DNA of 64,000 bases from Corynebacterium minutissimum. GTDB taxonomy: Bacteria; Actinomycetota; Actinomycetes; Mycobacteriales; Mycobacteriaceae. The DNA lies in NCBI RefSeq assembly GCF_016889765.1, contig NZ_CP069533.1:758504-822503 (forward strand), in the 5' to 3' direction. Made by a program: the position numbers and the translations under genes. Shown here piece by piece: positions 59,866 to 64,000 of this stretch. The notes beneath the pieces are model-generated. The model saw nothing but the letters and a program-made list of their open reading frames with translations. It had not been told where the DNA came from and did no database searches. Each line of letters begins with the position of its first letter. Position 1 is the first letter of the stretch.

Positions 59866-60105
59866 TTATGCAGTTGCCGCCAAGGAGCTCAGGCTCTTGA
59901 TGCGGTCAGGACGGAAGCCAGACCAGTGCTCGCCGTTGGCCTCGACGACCGGTGCCTGGACGTAGCCCAGAGCCATGACGTAGTCGCGAGCCTCGTCGTC
60001 CATGGAGATGTCCACCATGTCGTACTCAAGACCGGCGCGGTCGAGAGCCTTCTTGGTGGCGTTGCACTGAACGCAGGCGGGCTTGGTGTAGAGAGTGATG
60101 CTCAT
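59866..60105 (-). CDS. nrdH: NrdH glutaredoxin-like redoxin
   Basis: MSITLYTKPACVQCNATK, with CVQC active site and WSGFRP motif. ATG at 60105 has an AAAGGAAA ribosome-binding site. The track's 45-aa N-terminal extension overlaps the operator sites. Confidence 0.8.
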   Translation of the reverse strand: MSITLYTKPACVQCNATKKALDRAGLEYDMVDISMDDEARDYVMALGYVQAPVVEANGEHWSGFRPDRIKSLSSLAATA

Positions 60106-60211
60106 GTGACGGTTTCCTTTGACGCTGCACACGTAGTGACTAATGAATTCTGCTGAGTGACTTTTAGCTCTGGCTACGCGGTGTAGGGCCGCCGCCTGAG
60201 CAACATCAACG

Positions 60212-60259
60212 ACACTATACTTTGTGCCGAAACCCCGCAACTGACACTACATGTAGTAG
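60212..60259. promoter_or_regulatory. Tandem NrdR-box-like operators upstream of nrdHIE
   Basis: ACACTATACTTTGTGC (60212-60227) and ACACTACATGTAGTAG (60244-60259) are centred 32 bp apart. The second contains the 12-bp palindrome ACTACATGTAGT. They match the NrdR consensus acaCwAtATaTwGtgt at 14/16 and 12/16 positions. Confidence 0.45.
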
Positions 60260-60465
60260 TTACAACGATGATATTCCCAGGACGTAAGCCCCCCAGCCCC
60301 CACATGTTGACCTTGCACACCCCACTTCATCACCAACGCCGTAACTACACGGGTGGTATTTCCCGCAAGTTAACCAAACGTTCACCAGTTTTGTGGCAAA
60401 CACCACAAACGGGCGCGGCCCGCGCCGCGCCCGGTAAGTCTGATTCACGAAGCAGTCAGGAGACC

Positions 60466-61350
60466 TCAGCCCCTCGTACACGTTGACGGGTCCGGCCCCT
60501 GCCCCTCTTCGCGGGTCAAACCGAAAAGCACTTGGCTCATCACCGTGGTGTCTCGAGGCAAATCTGGATGTAGCGGCTCTGCCCCACACAGCTCACCGAG
60601 GTCGATATTAACCACGTCAGCGCCGCCCACAGCTTCCAGCACAGAGGTCGAGTTGGGCGTCACGGTGACATCAGCAGGCGAGTAAATCGAGGTATACAAC
60701 GGGCCCGGCGCTGTATCCGGCAAGGCATTGAGATTCTCCATAAACTCAGACCCCACCACCTGCTGAATACCAGCGCTGCTTGCAAAGAAGCGCGCCAAGT
60801 TCGGCATGGCCGCAATCATCTTCGCCAACACCGTCCCCATACCGTCGAGCGTGGTGCCGTGGAAATTGCCGCCTAGTGCCACCGCATGGGAAACATGTTC
60901 CGGCGAGCCATACATCTGGGTGTAGGTCTTAATGTGCAACCCGCCCTGCGAGTGCCCCACGAGGTTCACCTTCTCGCTTCCGGTTACTTCCCGTACATAG
61001 TCAATCTGTTCTGCGACCTCACGCGCCGACTCGTCGAGGTCGGCGATCCCCTTCGTGCGTGCACTTGCGTTCTGCAGCGTCACATCATAAGCCCCGTAGT
61101 CAAACGCCCACACGCACATCCCTCGGTCTTGCAGAACTGGGATGAGTTCGTCCCACGTAGAAGCATTGTCAGATGTTCCATGTATGAGCACAACCGGCTC
61201 ACGTACCTCACCGCTCGCTACGCAAGAGGGATCATTGATGCCCAGTGACGGGTCAGCCGTACTGACCAAATCAATGTCTACAGCGTGGGCCACCGGTGCC
61301 GAGAACCCAACGACGGCAGCACACATCGCCGCCGCGATACGCCTTTTCAT
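60466..61350 (-). CDS. Secreted lipase/esterase (alpha/beta hydrolase)
   Basis: Signal peptide MKRRIAAAMCAAVVGFSAPVAHA. Nucleophile elbow GHSQGG. Confidence 0.75.
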   Translation of the reverse strand: MKRRIAAAMCAAVVGFSAPVAHAVDIDLVSTADPSLGINDPSCVASGEVREPVVLIHGTSDNASTWDELIPVLQDRGMCVWAFDYGAYDVTLQNASARTKGIADLDESAREVAEQIDYVREVTGSEKVNLVGHSQGGLHIKTYTQMYGSPEHVSHAVALGGNFHGTTLDGMGTVLAKMIAAMPNLARFFASSAGIQQVVGSEFMENLNALPDTAPGPLYTSIYSPADVTVTPNSTSVLEAVGGADVVNIDLGELCGAEPLHPDLPRDTTVMSQVLFGLTREEGQGPDPSTCTRG

Positions 61351-61444
61351 ACGCTATTTCTTCTTTCTATTGTCCGCTGGGGAATGTTCTAACCCCACCC
61401 GATAATTATATTCATCGGAGCTAATTTGGCGAGGCAGACGGGCA

Positions 61445-61488
61445 TAAAAAAATTCCGCCTCCCCCAAATTAAGTGGAGGAGGCGGAAT
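61445..61488 (-). terminator. Rho-independent terminator of the L36 paralog gene
   Basis: On the minus strand: ATTCCGCCTCC-loop-GGAGGCGGAAT, an 11-bp perfect stem, followed by TTTTTTTAT. Confidence 0.65.
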
Positions 61489-61504
61489 GAGAATCCCTCG
61501 ATTC

Positions 61505-61627
61505 TTAGCCCTGGCGAGCCTTGAAGCGCGGATCCTTCTTGTTGATCACGAAGACCTTACCGTGGCGGCGAATAACCTGGGCGCCCGGCTTCTTCTTCAG
61601 CGACCGAAGCGACTTGCGAACCTTCAT
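61505..61627 (-). CDS. rpmJ: 50S ribosomal protein L36, type B (zinc-ribbon-less YkgO-like paralog)
   Basis: Manual translation gives [40 protein letters not shown], 40 aa. It is absent from the track because it is under 60 aa. An AAAGGAG ribosome-binding site lies upstream. It has no CxxC...CxxH zinc ligands, so it is the C-minus form. Confidence 0.8.
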   Translation of the reverse strand: MKVRKSLRSLKKKPGAQVIRRHGKVFVINKKDPRFKARQG

Positions 61628-61751
61628 CGGGCGCTCCTTTCGTTATGCGCAAACTTCATGCGAGTGGTTAGTTCAAAGCATAGCCGGGCGAAGGGCCCAG
61701 CAATGACACGAGGAAAAATGTTACCGCACAAGCGCGTCATTACCAAAACAC

Positions 61752-63071
61752 TCACGCTTGAGAGTATTTCGACCGCAATTCCTCGGAGACCTCACCCAGC
61801 GTCTTGCCCATCGTTTCCGGTACGAGCGCGCGCGTATAGCCCAGCGCTACCACGCCCAACACCGCAAAGACGCCAAACGCTAGTGAACCGCCAAGCCACT
61901 CCACCACCGGCAGGAAGAACTGCGCTACCACCCAGTTGCTCACCCACAGGGCCAAGCCCGCAATGCCCATTCCCAAACCGCGTACCTGCGCCGGCACGAT
62001 CTCAGAAATAAGGAGCCACGTTGCCGGTGACACCGCCGCTTGTTGGCACGCGATGAACGCCGCCATGCAGGCCAACGACACCATAGCCAGCGGTGTCGAA
62101 TCCTGCGCGAAGTGGTACACCACTGCAAGCACCACGAGCGATACTACGTTGCCACCCAGCCCAACCATGAGCAGGCGACGCCGCCCCACGCGGTCTACAA
62201 CGCGCATACCGACCACGCAGGCAATAACCGACACCACGCCGATCACCATGGACGTGTACACCGAGCTTGTCGTCGACAAGCCCACCTGATTCATCATGGT
62301 CGGCGCGAAGTACACAATCGCATTAACGCCCGTAATCTGCTGCGTCAGCCCCATGAGCATGGCCAGCCCGACCGCCCAGCGCATCCACCTGTGCGCGGAC
62401 AGTGCGGCCCATTCGCCTGTGCTTGGCGACGCCCCCTTCTCCTCCCCCGCCCCTACCCGTGCGCGCACAGCGGCCGCGTCATCATGACGGCCCTGCGAGG
62501 CCAGCCATACCGGCGTATCAGGCAAGAAGAACATTCCAATGGCCAGCGCGGCACCCGGCACCGCCGCGAGTCCCAGCATCCACTGCCAGCTGCCCGTTGA
62601 GGCAAGCGCGGAGTTCACCCCATAAGCCACTAGCTGACCTACCACAATCATGAGCGTGTTCAGTGACACCATCCGCCCACGCACCGCGGCCGGAGTGATT
62701 TCTGAGATGTACATCGGCGACACTATGGACACTGCGCCTACTGCTAGCCCCAAGACTGCGCGGGCCGTGGCAAGTTCCGTCGTCGAACCCGCCAATGCGC
62801 ACCACACCGATCCCGCAAGGAAGATAAGGCCGCCGAGGATAAGCGCGCGACGTCGGCCCATCCTATCCGCAACACGCCCCGCAGCCAGCGCACCCACGGC
62901 AGCCCCGACGAGCAGCATTGAGGTCACCAACCCCTCCTGGTGTGCTGACATATCGAACTCTGAGCCCACAAAGAGCAGTGCGCCAGACATGACGCCGGTG
63001 TCATAGCCAAAGAGGAGACCCCCCAGCGCTGCCACGCCAGCGATGACCAACACGTAAGAATCTTTGTTCAC
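61752..63071 (-). CDS. MFS sugar-porter family transporter (IolT-like inositol/sugar:H+ symporter)
   Basis: [30 protein letters not shown] and [10 protein letters not shown] are sugar-porter signatures. 12 transmembrane segments. Confidence 0.8.
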   Translation of the reverse strand: MNKDSYVLVIAGVAALGGLLFGYDTGVMSGALLFVGSEFDMSAHQEGLVTSMLLVGAAVGALAAGRVADRMGRRRALILGGLIFLAGSVWCALAGSTTELATARAVLGLAVGAVSIVSPMYISEITPAAVRGRMVSLNTLMIVVGQLVAYGVNSALASTGSWQWMLGLAAVPGAALAIGMFFLPDTPVWLASQGRHDDAAAVRARVGAGEEKGASPSTGEWAALSAHRWMRWAVGLAMLMGLTQQITGVNAIVYFAPTMMNQVGLSTTSSVYTSMVIGVVSVIACVVGMRVVDRVGRRRLLMVGLGGNVVSLVVLAVVYHFAQDSTPLAMVSLACMAAFIACQQAAVSPATWLLISEIVPAQVRGLGMGIAGLALWVSNWVVAQFFLPVVEWLGGSLAFGVFAVLGVVALGYTRALVPETMGKTLGEVSEELRSKYSQA

Positions 63072-63107
63072 GAGTGCATATTGTCGCAGGCGGCTACCAT
63101 GGTCGTC

Positions 63108-63917
63108 ATGTCACACGAATCCACAAACCTCCAGCAGGACATCATAAAAGCCCTGGGTACCAAGCCCTTGATCGATCCAGCGGAGGAGGTTGAGCGCCGC
63201 GTCACATTCCTCGCCGACTACCTTCGTACCACCGGCGCGAAAGGCTACGTCCTCGGCATTTCCGGCGGCCAGGATTCCACGCTAGCTGGCCGCTTGGCGC
63301 AGCTGGCCGTCGAACGCGTCGAGGGCGCGCATTTCTGGGCGCTTCGCCTCCCCCACGGCGTGCAGGCAGATGAGGAGGATGCCCAGGTAGCGCTCGACTT
63401 CATCCAGCCCGATTACCGCCTGACCATCAATATCGCTGAAGCCACAGCTGCCCTCAATAGCGCGGTTGCTACTGCTCTCGAGGCTTCCACACTCGGCGAT
63501 TTCAACCGCGGCAACCTCAAGGCCCGCCTCCGCATGGCTGCCCAGTACGCGGTGGCCGGGGAGGTCGGCGCCCTGGTAATTGGTAGTGACCATGCCGCCG
63601 AAAACGTCACTGCATTCTTCACCAAGTGGGGAGACGGCGCCGCCGATCTCATCCCGTTAGCCGGCCTCAACAAGCGCCAGGGCGCCCAGCTTCTTGAGCA
63701 CCTCGGTGCACCTGAATCCACGTGGACAAAGATCCCTACTGCGGACCTTGAGGATGATCGCCCGCTGCTTTCGGACGAAGAAGCCCTCGGCGTCACCTAT
63801 ACCCACATTGATGATTACCTCGAAGGCAAGGCCGTGCCTGCCGACGCCCAGGAACGCATCGAAACCCTCTGGCGCCAAGGCGCCCACAAGCGTGTCATGC
63901 CTCCCGGCCCTCAATAG
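63108..63917 (+). CDS. nadE: Ammonia-dependent NAD+ synthetase
   Basis: Aligns to E. coli NadE from [10 protein letters not shown] through the SGGQDSTL P-loop and DHAAE. Start chosen at the ATG aligned to the E. coli N-terminus. Confidence 0.85.
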   Translation: MSHESTNLQQDIIKALGTKPLIDPAEEVERRVTFLADYLRTTGAKGYVLGISGGQDSTLAGRLAQLAVERVEGAHFWALRLPHGVQADEEDAQVALDFIQPDYRLTINIAEATAALNSAVATALEASTLGDFNRGNLKARLRMAAQYAVAGEVGALVIGSDHAAENVTAFFTKWGDGAADLIPLAGLNKRQGAQLLEHLGAPESTWTKIPTADLEDDRPLLSDEEALGVTYTHIDDYLEGKAVPADAQERIETLWRQGAHKRVMPPGPQ

Positions 63918-63925
63918 CCGCCTTG

Positions 63926-64000
63926 CGGTTGCGGGGTTGGTGGGCCTGTTTTAGTCTCTGTGGTCATGGGGGTATTAGAAACCTACTTCCACTACCGCAA
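63926..64000 (+). repeat. Second copy of the DUF222/HNH family leader plus 5' coding end
   Basis: Same sequence as 8529-8603, identical from the ATG onward. Confidence 0.75.
63966..64000 (+). CDS. DUF222/HNH endonuclease family protein, second copy. Only the first 11 codons are in the window.
   Basis: ATGGGGGTATTAGAAACCTACTTCCACTACCGCAA encodes MGVLETYFHYR, identical to the copy at 8569. Confidence 0.55.
   Translation, partial: MGVLETYFHYR

Noticed and set aside
60106-60240. 45-aa N-terminal extension of NrdH in the ORF track
   Set aside because: It contains the paired NrdR-box-like sites and has no ribosome-binding site. The internal ATG at 60105 has AAAGGAAA and gives the canonical 79-aa NrdH.
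61628-61751. Zur box upstream of the L36 paralog
   Set aside because: It contains only weak AT-rich direct elements (GGTAATGAC / GGTAACATT) and no convincing palindrome. It is kept as a hypothesis in findings, not as a feature.

Overview
This 64 kb window is high-GC actinobacterial core chromosome, probably Corynebacterium or a close Corynebacteriales relative. Evidence for that: a single 2993-aa type I fatty acid synthase, nrdHIE and nrdF separated by an unrelated gene, and gene order matching Mycobacterium tuberculosis Rv1329c-Rv1343c, Rv3042c-Rv3053c and Rv2520c-Rv2524c. It is densely coding on both strands. I call about 60 protein genes, 4 tRNAs (Arg-TCT, His-GTG, Lys-CTT, Leu-TAG) and several hairpin terminators. 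I also call one 40-aa gene absent from the ORF track (type B ribosomal protein L36), a 20-bp tandem-repeat array, and a multicopy DUF222/HNH (REP13E12-like) gene family whose conserved 5' leader occurs twice in the same orientation, about 55 kb apart. I found no CRISPR array, prophage, integrase, transposase or obvious defence island. The most unusual locus is a pyruvate formate-lyase operon in which PflB appears naturally split. The 697-aa catalytic protein stops just before the glycyl-radical domain, and that domain is encoded by a separate 83-aa GrcA-like gene with its own ribosome-binding site and ATG, followed by pflA. Other items worth a second look are: an NCS2 nucleobase permease fused to a degenerate OHCU-decarboxylase-like domain; a 9-bp inverted repeat over the permease stop codon followed by 5.4 copies of a 20-bp repeat; a miniaturised sulfatase-like ORF; paired NrdR-box-like sites upstream of nrdHIE; an iron-box-like inverted repeat upstream of a siderophore ABC operon; and a bacterial PTH2-domain protein. 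All functional calls come from reading motifs in the translated ORFs and cannot be confirmed without database searches.
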